From positions 16,988,001 through 17,052,000 of the forward strand of contig NC_059427.1 in assembly GCF_021028975.2 (NCBI RefSeq): a stretch of DNA of 64,000 bases, read 5' to 3'. The position numbers were made by a program, and so were the translations under genes. The stretch's first letter is position 1. Every line of letters begins with the position of its first letter. This DNA comes from Sphaerodactylus townsendi. Taxonomy: Eukaryota. Under the pieces are notes generated by a model. It was not told the DNA's origin, did no database searches, and saw only the letters and a program-made list of their open reading frames with translations. Positions 37,491 to 48,759 of the stretch are shown here, one piece after another.

Positions 37491-37989
37491 GATAGGACCA
37501 ATGGCTGCCAATGGCCTTTTGCCAGATTTAATCAAGATACAGATTTGCATGTAAGAAGTCATAGACCTCTATTTATTTTCCCTCTCCCTAATTATTAAAC
37601 TCTTGGAAATAAGTCACCCCAGCAACTTTCCTAGATTCACAGAGGGTCTAGTGCAATCATTGTACTATTACAGGATTTTAGTATCCATTTCCCCATTATT
37701 AAAAATATCCAATAGCAATTAGTTTTATACAGGTAATTATAAAGTGGGAGAGATGTTGTTGAATCCAAAAACTCGGCTTATGCTTATAGCAGCAGAAGCA
37801 GAGAAGCTATGTTTGATTCTAACATTTTCATGTTTATTTATGCTTGACACATTGCCTTTTATTACAGCCATCCCTAACATAGTCTTTGGTCCCACTTAAT
37901 GTAAGTGCACAGTCTTAAATCAATATAACTTTTAACTGGCGGGCAAGATTACATTTACCAGTATAATTAAATAGCAAGAACTGGATAGA

Positions 37990-38640
37990 TTTATTTATTT
38001 ATTTATACTTTAGACTTTTATACCGCCCTATCCCCGGAGGGCTCCGGGTGGTGTACAATATATAATAAAATACAGTCATAAAATCATAACAATTTAATTA
38101 AAATCTATAAAAGCAGCGAAAGACTAACTGTAATACTGATAATTATAGGTGTAAGTGGCGCCCAGCTACCTATTATTAAATCCTTTCCCAAAGGGAGGAT
38201 CGGCGAGTCCCTTCAGATAGTATCAGGCCCGGATGTAAGAGCCAAGAAGGGGGGGGGGGCACCATCAGCGGCCGGTCCCTCCAAAGGCCCGGCAGAACAG
38301 CTCTGTCTTACAGGCCCTGCGGAATTCACCGAGATCCCGCAGGGCCCGGATAGCTGGTAGGAGAGCGTTCCACCAGGCCGGGGCCAGAGCCGTAAAGGCC
38401 CTGGCCCATGTGGAGGCCAGCCGCATCATCGAGGGGCCAGGGACCACCAGTAAATTGGCCTCCACTGAACGAAGAGGCCGTGTAGGGACATATGGGGTGA
38501 TGCGGTCTCGAAGATACGAGGGTCCCAGGCCGCATAAGGCCTTAAAGGTCAGTACCAACACCTTGAAGACGATCCGGAACTCTACTGGAAGCCAATGTAG
38601 CTGGCGGAGCACAGGCTAGATGTGATCCCAGATGGCGCTG
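37990..38640 (-). mobile_element. L2-type LINE 3' end
   Basis: LRQLHWLPVEFRIVFKVLVLTFKAL..GPSYL motif and (TAAA)n tail. Confidence 0.85.
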
Positions 38641-40400
38641 CCTGTGAGTAGATGCACCTATGTTCTCAGTCACTGTTGGCTCATTACTATTTTGTTGTGG
38701 GTCAGCCCCAGGGAAGTGAGGATTCCTCAGAAGAAGAGCTGGCCCTGAAGAACTCAGTCCAACCAGAGTTCCAACAGGGTGAGACTTCAACTCAGCCAGA
38801 GCCCCCAAAGGGTAAGAGCTCAGGCCAGTCAGAGCCCACCTGTGTGGAATCGAACAGCAGGCTGACCAAGGTTCAGAACCCAAAGTGTGACAGAAGCACC
38901 TCCTGTCCCTGACTCAGAACTAGCTGAGGATTAATGGGTGATTAGTCTACCATGGTCTCTTGTGCCAGCGAATCTATGTAGACAGTGTTGCTAAAAGGAG
39001 ATGCAGGCTAAAAGGTGTCGTGCTTGTTTACTAGTTCACTGGCAGGTATTTGAACAAGAGAGGAATGAGTATCCACAGGATGAGGATTCGTCTCCTATGG
39101 GAGAGCTATTTGGGAAGCAGGCAGATGTGGATACAACTGTGCAACTTGACTGCTGTCTTGCTGACAGGACTCCGTGAACCTCTGACTTCCAGACCAGATC
39201 CGTTGGACTTTGATCTTGTGTAATGGATCCTCGGCCTCCTGTTTTGATAATCAAGGCTTTTGACTTGGCAATTCCTGACTCTCTGTCTGGCATTTCTAAA
39301 AAGGTTCCTGCTTTTGAGTTGTCTGTAGCTTGGTTGGCTCTCTCACTACAGGCAAGCCTGGATACTGTAAACCAACACCCCTGGCCTGCAGCCTAGACCA
39401 GCACGTATTTTCAATTAGACCAGTCATATAGTTTTACAATCAAACATTCCATAAGTGTATAACTATTTGTCAGCCATTATCTGATTAACCTTATCTTAGA
39501 TTGTACCTTTCACTGAAGGCTGATCTCATTATCCTTTTGCCACTTTGGATTCTTTGTTCCCTTATTAAAATGGTTCTTCTATCTCTTGGATATGTTCCAG
39601 ACTTCCCTGTCGGGTTGCTTCCCCACAGAGATTATGCTCTGTTCTGGCATCTGTGCAGGAATGTATTTGTGGGGGTCGGATGGGGTAGGGATAGAAGCAT
39701 CTGCATGGCATCTTGCTCTAATTGTCCATTTGTTTTGGGTATATACTCCTCCAAACCTGCTTTGCAGTAATCTTTTGAGGCACAGTGAAGTCCAAGCACG
39801 TTATCAGGCCATTCTGGACAGAAGGTGCTTATTTTCAACGGTCTCGCCAGCAGCCCCTTGTAAATTTTGTTTGTTCTGCTGTTTTAAAGGCTGCTTTATG
39901 CAGTGCCTTGGAATCCCACTATTCTTTAACTTAGATGGTGATGACAGCCATTGATTAGAGCATTCCAAGAGTAAAGCTGGAGTAAACAGATGTTCTACAA
40001 GTTGATTCAAGAAAAGAGAGGGGTATGGTATCACAACAGAGCCCAAGCATGTCACATTACATGAACCTGAGTAAAAATTCATGTTGGAAAAAAATCTCAA
40101 ATTTTTAACTAAATAAGTAAGTTTATTGAAGGAATGACATGGAAATTGGAGCCCACCCAATTTAAAAGGATAGATGGAATTTTCATAAAACTTCCCTGCT
40201 TGGATCTTGGTAATGGAAAGGCAAGTTTCATCACTCAGAAGTGGTTTGCCATTGCTTGCCGCTGCTCATTTATCCTCATCAGCTGCCATTTTTCTGCCAT
40301 CATGCCACCAGAGGGCTTTTAAAAAAAATCAATAATTGTTACTTCACTGTGCTACAACAGCCCTCATCTGGAGAGTCCAGAAACTGAGAAGGGTTCGGCC

Positions 40401-40885
40401 CAGAGGTGGGATCCAGCAGGTTCTCACCAGTTCCCGAGAGTGGGTTACTAATTATTTGTGTGTGCCGAGAGGAGGTTACTAATTGGGTCTGCTTTTCCGT
40501 TAGAAATTCCATTAGGTCCAAAAATCATAAAGTCCTATTGTTTCCTACGTGGCTGGTTAGCGAAGGTAGAAAACGGGATAATTCTCCCTGTTGGGCTGTT
40601 TTAAAAACATGTTTTAGAAAGATGGTAAAGTTCCTTGTTTAAGGAAAGTATCCTTCTTTTGATTTCTAGAAACAAAATTAAGTATTTGAAAGTATTAAGT
40701 ATTTGACAGGCAGTCCATTAGAGGAGCAGTAGTTGTTTCTGTTGGCAGTAGACGATAGGACTTGCTAAAATGAGTTTAAATTACGGACAGAAAGATACCA
40801 GCTGGAAATTAGGAACTTTTTTTACAGTAAAAGTACAGTACAGTAAAAACAGCAAAATTATTAATGCCCCGCCCCCGGAATGCCC
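40401..40885. mobile_element. hAT element truncated at the left array junction
   Basis: Collinear with 32636-33015, then switches abruptly into the array spacer. Confidence 0.8.
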
Positions 40886-41638
40886 TCTTGGCAGAGCATT
40901 GGACCCCCTCGGAGGTTAACGGTCCTCGGGAAGGGAAGAAAATTCAGCATCGGACACCTAAAGCGTTCCTTGACCCTTTCCCGACCTCTATTTCTTTTGC
41001 ACCCTGCACTGCTCCTCCGGACAGGGGGGGGGGGCTGGTGCCAGGGTTTTGCTGTGCTCCATTCTGTGTGCACAACGATCCTGCGAGGTAGGTCAGGCCG
41101 AGTGGGTGAGAGGCAGGGGCGCTTAGAGTCCCCAGGCCGCCTGCCGGGCTCGCACTGGGGCTTTCCAGAAGCTAGCCGCACACTGCAGCCGCTGTGATGG
41201 CAGGAAGGCTCTGTACGGCTCGGAAAGGCGGCAAAGCTTTTCATGCTCAGGTGGAAGGTGAGGTGGCACTGTCGAAGCCGTGATCCCTCCCCCGGTTCTG
41301 GACAGGAGACTGAAGCCATTGGCGAGCAGTTCGACATGGCGCCCGGGCGGAGAGGTGATGGAGGAGTCTTGGAAGCGTCAAGAATGGGCAGCAACTGCAA
41401 GGGGAGAAGAGAGTGAGAATGGGCCAAAGGGCATAGCTGCTTGGAGGCAAGGGAGGGGAGGTGGCTCCTTTGTGGGGCAGGCCCAGGGCCGTGAGGTGTG
41501 CCGGGGCCTGGGACGCCTCGGCTGGTCCTGGGTTGAAGAGTGGTGCATGCTGGGCCAGAGTCCGCAGAGGCAAAAGGTATCTTGCACCTGGGCGGGGGTG
41601 TGGAGGGGGACAGCAGCCCGTTCAAGTGAGGCACAGGA

Positions 41639-41758
41639 NNNNNNNNNNNNNNNNNNNNNNNNNNNNNNNNNNNNNNNNNNNNNNNNNNNNNNNNNNNNNN
41701 NNNNNNNNNNNNNNNNNNNNNNNNNNNNNNNNNNNNNNNNNNNNNNNNNNNNNNNNNN
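41639..41758 (+). rRNA. Putative 5S rRNA gene copy 1 (inside N-run 41639-41787)
   Basis: Sequence not visible. Inferred from the fixed 149-nt slot, the upstream GGGCGG near -49, the GCC start seen in copy 3 and the 5S fragment at the array end. Confidence 0.55.
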
Positions 41759-42841
41759 NNNNNNNNNNNNNNNNNNNNNNNNNNNNNCGCTGTGCCGGCC
41801 CCTCGCTCTCTCTTTTCCTCCTCCCCGCCAACGTCGCCCCGTGTGCCGGAGACCATCAGCCGCCAAGGCACCCGTTCCTCACACAAACATTCCCTTCACC
41901 TTTGGTGCACACCCCCTGACAAAAAGGTGTACCGCCGCTTGGAAAGGGGCCAAGGGGTTTCCCCTGGATTTTTCTCCCTGCCCGCTGCGCTCACCCAAAG
42001 GGCAAGACTCTCTGCTCGAGGCCTCTTGGCAGAGCGATGGGCCCCCTCGGAGGTTAACGGTCCTCGGGAAGGGAAGAAAATTCAGCATCGGACACCTAAA
42101 GCGTTCCTTGACCCTTTCTCGACCTCTGTCTTCCCTTTGCACCCTGTCCTGCTTCTCGGTGGGGGGCGGGGCGGGCGCCAGGGTTTTGCTGTGCTCCATT
42201 CTGTGTGCACAACGATCCTGCGAGGTAGGTCAGGCCGAGTGGGCGAGAGGCAGGGACGCTCGGAGTCCCCAGGACGCCTGCCGGGCTGGCACCGGGGCTT
42301 CCCTGACCCGAGCCGCAAACTGTAGCCGCTGCGATGGCGGGAAGGCTCTGCACGGCTTGGAAAGGCGGCAAAGGTTTTCATGCTCAGGTGGAAGGTGAGT
42401 TTTCCAAAGAGGATGCGGAGCCGCTGAGAGGAAGCATCGATGCATGCGCTGCTGTATTGGGGAGCTGGCACTGTCGAAGCCGTGATCCCTACCCCGGTTC
42501 TGGACAAAAGACTGAAGCCTTTGGCGAGCAGTTCGACATGGCGCCCGGGCGGAGAGGTGATGGAGGAGTCTTGGAAGCATCAAGAATGGGCAGCAACAGC
42601 GAGGGGAGAAGAGAGTGAGAATGGGCAAAAAGGGCGTTGCTGCTTGGAGGCAAAAGGGAGGGAGGTGGCTCCTTTGTGAGGCAGGCCCAGAGCCGTGAGG
42701 TGTGCCGGGGCCTTGGACGCCCCGTCTGGCCCGGGTGGAAGAATGGTGCGTGCTGGGCCAGAGTCCGGAGAGGCGGAAGGTCTCTTGTTCCTGGGCGGGG
42801 GTGTGGAGTGGAACGGCAGCCCGTTCAAGTGAGGCGCAGGA

Positions 42842-42961
42842 NNNNNNNNNNNNNNNNNNNNNNNNNNNNNNNNNNNNNNNNNNNNNNNNNNNNNNNNNNN
42901 NNNNNNNNNNNNNNNNNNNNNNNNNNNNNNNNNNNNNNNNNNNNNNNNNNNNNNNNNNNNN
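42842..42961 (+). rRNA. Putative 5S rRNA gene copy 2 (inside N-run 42842-42990)
   Basis: Same inference as copy 1; lies 1203 bp downstream of it. Confidence 0.55.
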
Positions 42962-43692
42962 NNNNNNNNNNNNNNNNNNNNNNNNNNNNNCGCTGTGCCG
43001 GCCCCTCGCTCTCTCTTTTCCTCCTCCCCGCCAACGTCGCCCCGTGTGCCGGAGACCATCAGCCGCCAAGGCACCCGTTCCTCACACAAACCATCCCTTC
43101 ACCTTTGGCGTACACACCCAGCCAAAAAGATGCACTGCCACTTTGAAAGGGGCCAAGGGGTTACCCCTCGATTTTTCTCCCAGCCCACTGTGCTCAACCA
43201 AAGGGCAAGACCCTTGCTCCAGGCCTCTTGGCAGAGCGATGGGCCCCCTCGGAGGTTAACGGTCCTCGGGAAGGGAAGAAAATTCAGCATCGGACACCTA
43301 AAGCGTTCCTTGACCCTTTCCCGACCTCTATTTCTTTTGCACCCTGCCCTGCTCCTCCGGAGGGGGGGGGGGCTGGCACCAGGGTTCTGCGGTGCTCTAT
43401 TTGGTGTTCACAACGATCCTGCGAGGTAGGTCAGGCCAAGTGGGCAAGAGGCAGGGGTGCTCGGAGTCCCCAGGCCGCCTGCCGGGATCGCACTGGGGCT
43501 TTCCTGAAGCTAGCCACACACTGTAGCCGCTGTGATGGCGGGAAGGCGGCAAAGCTTTTCATGCTCAGGTGGAAGGTGAGTTTTCCAACGAGGATGCGGA
43601 GCCGCTGAGAGGAAGCATCGATGTGTGCGCTGCTGTGTTGGGGAGGTGGCACTGTCGACGCCGTGATCCCTACCCCGGTTCTGGACAGAAGA

Positions 43693-45315
43693 TGTTACAG
43701 CGAATTGCCAGTAACAATAAGTGATTTCAGCTCAGCAACTTAATGAGGCGTAAGAAGCAGGTGTTTCTTTAAAGCAGGAAGGATTTTATTGCAAGTGATT
43801 TCTTGGCACAACTCAGCAAAAAGGACCCCACATGGCTGTGCAACAGCCCCTTTTATACATTTCCCAGTAACCCAGAAAAGAAAGGAGGTGTGGGGCAATC
43901 CCACGCCCACAGTCCAAAACCCAGGAAGGAGGCGGTCTCCTTCCATCTAATACAGAGAAAATACCCTAGAACAGTGATGGCAAACCTTTTTGAGACCAAG
44001 TGCCCAAACTGCAATCCAAAACCCACTTATTTATCACAAAGTGCCAACGCGGCAATTTAACCTGAATACTGAGGTTTTAGTTAGAAAAAATGGTTGGCTC
44101 TGAGCCATGCGTTACTCGGGAGTAAGCTTGGTGGTAGTTGTTGACTTTGCTTTGAAGCAACCATGCAACTCTTCGAACAGGTGAATCACGACCCCAGGAG
44201 GGTTTACTCAGAAGCAAGCCACATTGCCAGCAACTGAGCTTACTCCCAGGTGAAGGATCGTGCTTTAGTTCTTTGCATGAAAATCAGTGGGATTTAACAG
44301 CGCTTAACAGGGTTATCTATACTGCTTCCCCAAAACTAGGTCTTAGGTTTAATGCTAATAATCGAGCCCAGCGGACCAGACCAGCCTAGATGTGTGTGTG
44401 TGGGATTTCCCCCCCCCACACACACACACACACATGATGAACTCTGTTTGTGCGTGCCCACAAGAGGGCTCTGAGTGCCATCTCTGGCACCCGTGCCATA
44501 GGTTCGCCATCACTGTCCTAGAACACCAAAGGGAGAAAACAATCCCTTTGCACATGCTGAAGAGATCAAATCCCAGAAGCAAAAGCCTGCACCTCCTTGC
44601 CTGAGGTGGTTCCTTGGGAGTGTTAGACAAAGACAAGTTTAAATGATCCAATGAATTCTTGGATCCTGAAAGTAAGGATGTGAACAGTCCAATGAGCTTC
44701 TGGATCCTGAGAGTAAAACTTCAAACAGTCCAATAGCAAAACAGGATGACATCTTCCAAGGCTGGGTGACCCTTGGGTGCTGGCAACAGATTCGATTAGC
44801 AAGTCCAAAGAGGGTCGTTGTTCTTATCAAAGGGCCGGCTGGGCGTTGGTCTAAGCAGCATTCCAGAGTCAACTTCCTTGTCACATAATATCAGACCTTT
44901 ACTGGCTATTGCTTCTATTCTCAGACACTAATTTCAAAAATAACATTTCTAACTTAAACATTAGGAAAACCTTAAAGGATAAACACACATACTTATACTT
45001 ATAGGCAGCACTGTACATCTACCTACTGGCAGGGCTCGCTTAAAATTAATAGAACCTTAACCTAACTGAAGAACCTTGTTAAACTAAAATCCTAAACTGC
45101 AGGCATAAACTTAACTAAGAGGAGCTTTTACCACATCCTAGAATGACACAAACACAAGGGAAACCATATAGCCTTGGCACAATCATGCATATACATTCTT
45201 TGTAAACCTTATGAAGGCTTCTGAACCACACAAGTCTCCGTGTCCAGGCATGGAGCCAGTGTACTAAGCAACCTGACTTCAGGAAATTATTTTGTTTATT
45301 TTCCTGTCGATAACA
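43693..45315 (-). mobile_element. Solo LTR inserted in an array spacer
   Basis: TGTTA...TAACA termini; 4-bp TSD AAGA (43689-43692 / 45316-45319); the spacer resumes exactly after it. Minus-strand TATAAAA (43851-43857) and AATAAA (43785-43790). Confidence 0.85.
43972..44515. mobile_element. hAT non-autonomous element (OC1/Charlie-like) nested in the solo LTR
   Basis: TIRs cagtgatggc..gccatcactg; TSD ccctagaa/tcctagaa. Confidence 0.85.
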
Positions 45316-45647
45316 AAGACTGAAGCCATTGGCAAACAATTGGACATGGCGCCTGGGCGGAGAGGTGATGGAGGAGACGTGGAAGCGTCAAGAATGGGCA
45401 GCAGCCGCGAGGGGAGAAGAGAGTGAGAATGGGCCAAAGGGCATAGCTGCTTGGAGGCAAGGGAGGGGAGGTGGCTCCTTTGTGGGGCAGGCCCAGAGCC
45501 GTGAGGTGTGCCGGGGCCTTGGACGCCCCGTCTGGCCCGGGTGGAAGAATGGTGCGTGCTGGGCCAGAGTCCGGAGAGGCGGAAGGTCTCTTGTTCCTGG
45601 GCGGGGGTGTGGAGTGGAACGGCAGCCCGTTCAAGTGAGGCGCAGGA

Positions 45648-45767
45648 GCCNNNNNNNNNNNNNNNNNNNNNNNNNNNNNNNNNNNNNNNNNNNNNNNNNN
45701 NNNNNNNNNNNNNNNNNNNNNNNNNNNNNNNNNNNNNNNNNNNNNNNNNNNNNNNNNNNNNNNNNNN
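45648..45767 (+). rRNA. Putative 5S rRNA gene copy 3
   Basis: GCC is visible at 45648-45650 (bird/reptile/amphibian 5S begins GCCUACGG). It is followed by 130 N and 16 visible nt, completing the same 149-nt slot. Confidence 0.6.
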
Positions 45768-46591
45768 NNNNNNNNNNNNNTGGCTCCTGCAGCAGTCGCT
45801 GGGGCGGACCCTCGCTCGCTCTTTTCCTCCTCCCCACCACCGGCGCCCCGTGTGCCGGACACCATCAGCCGCCAAGGCACGCCTTCCTCACACAAACATT
45901 CCCTTCACCTTTGGTGCACACCCCCTGACAAAAAGGTGTACCGCCGCTTGGAAAGGGGCCAAGGGGTTTCCCCTGGATTTTTCTCCCTGCCCGCTGCGCT
46001 CACCCAAAGGGCAAGACTCTCTGCTCGAGGCCTCTTGGCAGAGCGATGGGCCCCCTCGGAGGTTAACGGTCCTCGGGAAGGGAAGAAAATTCAGCATCGG
46101 ACACCTAAAGAGTTCCTTCACCCTTTTCCGACCTCTATGCACTCTTACCTGCTTCTCCGGAGGGGGGGGGGGCTGGCACCAGGGTTCTGCGGTGCTCTAT
46201 TTGGTGTTCACAATGATCCTGTGAGGTAGGTCAGGCCGAGTGGGCGAGAGGCAGGGGCGCTCGGAGTCCCCAGGCCGCCTGCCGGGCTCGCACTGGGGCT
46301 TTCCTGACGCTAGCGGCACACTGTAGCCGCTGTGATGGCGGGAAGGCTCTGCACGGCTAAGAAAGGCGGCAAAGGTTTTTATGCTCAGGTGGAAGGTGAG
46401 TTTTCCAAAGAGGATGCGGAGCCGCTGAGAGGAGGAGGCCTCGATGCGCGCGCTGCTGTGTAGGGGAGGTGGCACTGTCGAAGCCGTGATCCCTCCCCCG
46501 GTTCTGGACTGAAGCCATTGGTGAGCAATTCGACATGGCGCCTGGGCGGAGAGGTGATGGAGGAGACTTGGAAGCATCAAGAATGGTCATT

Positions 46592-46609
46592 AGGGTCGGG
46601 CCTGGTTAG
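46592..46609 (+). pseudogene. 18-nt 5S rRNA internal fragment terminating the array
   Basis: AGGGTCGGGCCTGGTTAG is identical to the vertebrate 5S internal control region (..AAGCAGGGTCGGGCCTGGTTAGTACTT..). Confidence 0.7.
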
Positions 46610-48150
46610 CAGTGGCATAACTAGGCAAACTGGAGCCCTGGGCAAAACCGGAGTTTGATGCCCCCAGGCGCGTGCCCGGTGCAACGTGCAACCCCCCGGT
46701 TCCCTTGTAGCTACGCCCAGTGCCATATCTAGGCAAACTGGAGTTTGCCCCCCCCCCATGGGCAGCCGCCCTCCCCCATTGTGACCAAGCATTGATTTTT
46801 TTACACCAGGTCGTTTCAACGTCACTATCACATTATAGAACATGCCCCAACTCACAAACTGAGCACAGCAATAGGCCGTGCCACACAGCAGAAATAATTT
46901 TTTTGAAAACATTTTCAAAATGCTTTCAAAATGTTTTATTACTGCTATGAAAACATTTTATGGTGTTGTATCCAGTCCCCCCAATTGGGGCAAACCGCAT
47001 CACTTTCAATGTTATTTAAACTGAGCACCCCAGATTCTCCCTTTAAGGTGGATTTAAAAAGAGAACCCGGGGGGGTTTAAAAGGAAAATCTGGGGACATT
47101 TGGGGGGTGCTTGCTGTCAGAGGTGAAATTGTTAAGCTAGCAACTTTCAGCGTATCTTTAGGAGACTCTCCTAATGATATCACCCATGTTTGGTGAAGTT
47201 TGGATCAGGGAGTCCAAAGTTATGGACACTCAAAGGTAGCCCCCATCTTCTGGTAGCTCCCCTTTGGGAGTCCATAGCTTTGGACTCCCTGGACCAAACT
47301 TCACCAAACCTGGGTGGTATCATCAGGAGAGTCTCACCAAGATACCCTGAAAGGTTGGTACTGCTAGCTTAACAATTGCACCCCTGATAGCAGGCACCCT
47401 CCAAATTTTCCCAGATTCTCCCTTTAAATCCACCTCCTTTGGCATGGACTTAAAGCAGTGGCTCTCAACCTTTCCAATGCCGTGACCCTTTAATACAGTT
47501 CCTCATGTTGTGGTGACCCCCCAACCCTAATATTTATCCATTTTACAGATGGAGAACACTGATGCAGAGAGTCTTAGGTGACCCCTGTGAAAGGGTCGTT
47601 CGACCCCCAAAGGGGTCCCGACCCCACTGGTTGAGAACCACTGACTTAAAGGGAGAATGTGAGGTCCCCAGTTTAAACATTGAAAGTGGTGCTGTTTCAG
47701 GGTGGGGGATAAACCACCCCAAAACAGCATCACTTTTGATTCTCTCTTTAAGGTGGATTTAAAAGAAGAATCTGGACTTCCTAGTTTAAACACCATTGAA
47801 AGTGATGCTGTCTGGGGGTGGATTCTACTGGAGGTGTTTTGTGAGAGATGATACTGTCATTTGTTTGGTAAATGTTTTGCTGGGAGTGATTTGTGAGAGA
47901 TTTACATGCTTAATACCCACTTGCACTGGCTTGGAGCTGTTTCTCAGGCTAACAACCTACCTCATAGGGTTGGTGTGAGGACAAAAATAGGAAAGAGAGT
48001 TGGTGGGGAGAGAGCCATGTATGTTTTGCTGGGGGTGGGAGGTGTTTTGTGAGCTGGTGTAAAAAAATCATTGTTTGGTCGTGGTGGGGGAGTGTGACCG
48101 CCAAACTCAGGTTTTGTCCCCAGGCTCCAGTTTGCCTAGATACACCTCTG
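46610..48150. mobile_element. hAT-like element(s) at the right array junction
   Basis: cagtggcataactaggcaaactgg ... ccagtttgcctagatacacctctg inverted ends; contains the SPIN MITE. Confidence 0.6.
47456..47643. mobile_element. SPIN-like hAT MITE
   Basis: cagtggctctcaacc..gaccctttaatacagttcctcatgttgtggtgaccccc; TSD acttaaag. Confidence 0.85.
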
Positions 48151-48759
48151 TGAATTGCACAGCATTGATAACCACACAGATAGGTACCTGCCAACTGCAG
48201 GTAATCTTGCAAGTCTCGGGAAATTGGTTAGACTTTAATTCCAGTCATTGTTTACACTGCTAAACTGTCCGTATGGTGAAAAGCCCCTTCACTCACGCAC
48301 ACAAATGAAGCTGCCTTATCCTGAATAAGCTCATTGGCCTATCAAGACCAGTATTGTTTATTCTGACTGGCTGGCTCTCCAGACTTTCTGGCTGAAGTTT
48401 TCCACACCATTTCCTACCCGATCCTTTGACCTGGAGATGCCGGGGACTGAACATGGGACTTTTTCCAACCCAAGTCGCAAAAGACACAAGATCCTCCCTA
48501 GGAATTTTTGAAAGTAAAACCATTTACTCCCGAGTCCCTTACGCTCATCTCAACTAGGAAGACGCTGCAAACGGATAATGCATCCAATACACTACAGATA
48601 ATGCATCAAATATAATTCAAAAAATGCATCAAATACAATACAAATAACGCATTAAATACAAATAATACAATACAAATAATGCATTAAATACAAATAAATA
48701 CAACTAATTACGAATCCTTCTATTAGTGATATGCTCGAGCTCATCACAGTTCAGCCTTC

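Larger units (their letters stand above)
40884..46609 (+). repeat. GC-rich tandem array, 1203-bp unit, probable 5S rDNA repeats (spacer + masked gene)
   Basis: The same spacer recurs four times (e.g. cctcggaggttaacggtcctcgggaagggaagaaaattcagcatcggacacc near 40907, 42045, 43247, 46064). The N-runs sit at identical unit positions. Confidence 0.9.

Noticed and set aside
38665-39400. Possible Gypsy-type LTR fragment
   Set aside because: No verifiable termini or TSD.
40861-46590. Many long overlapping ORFs (up to 372 aa) in the GC-rich array
   Set aside because: They read through N-runs, occur in all frames, are not preserved between units and show no domain motif. Expected for GC-rich spacer.
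40884-46609. Repeat/N alternation as a CRISPR-like array
   Set aside because: Eukaryotic context, 1.2-kb units, no cas genes.
48455-48466. NF-kB-like gggactttttcc upstream of TRIM-D
   Set aside because: Imperfect match lying inside a SINE-like repeat.
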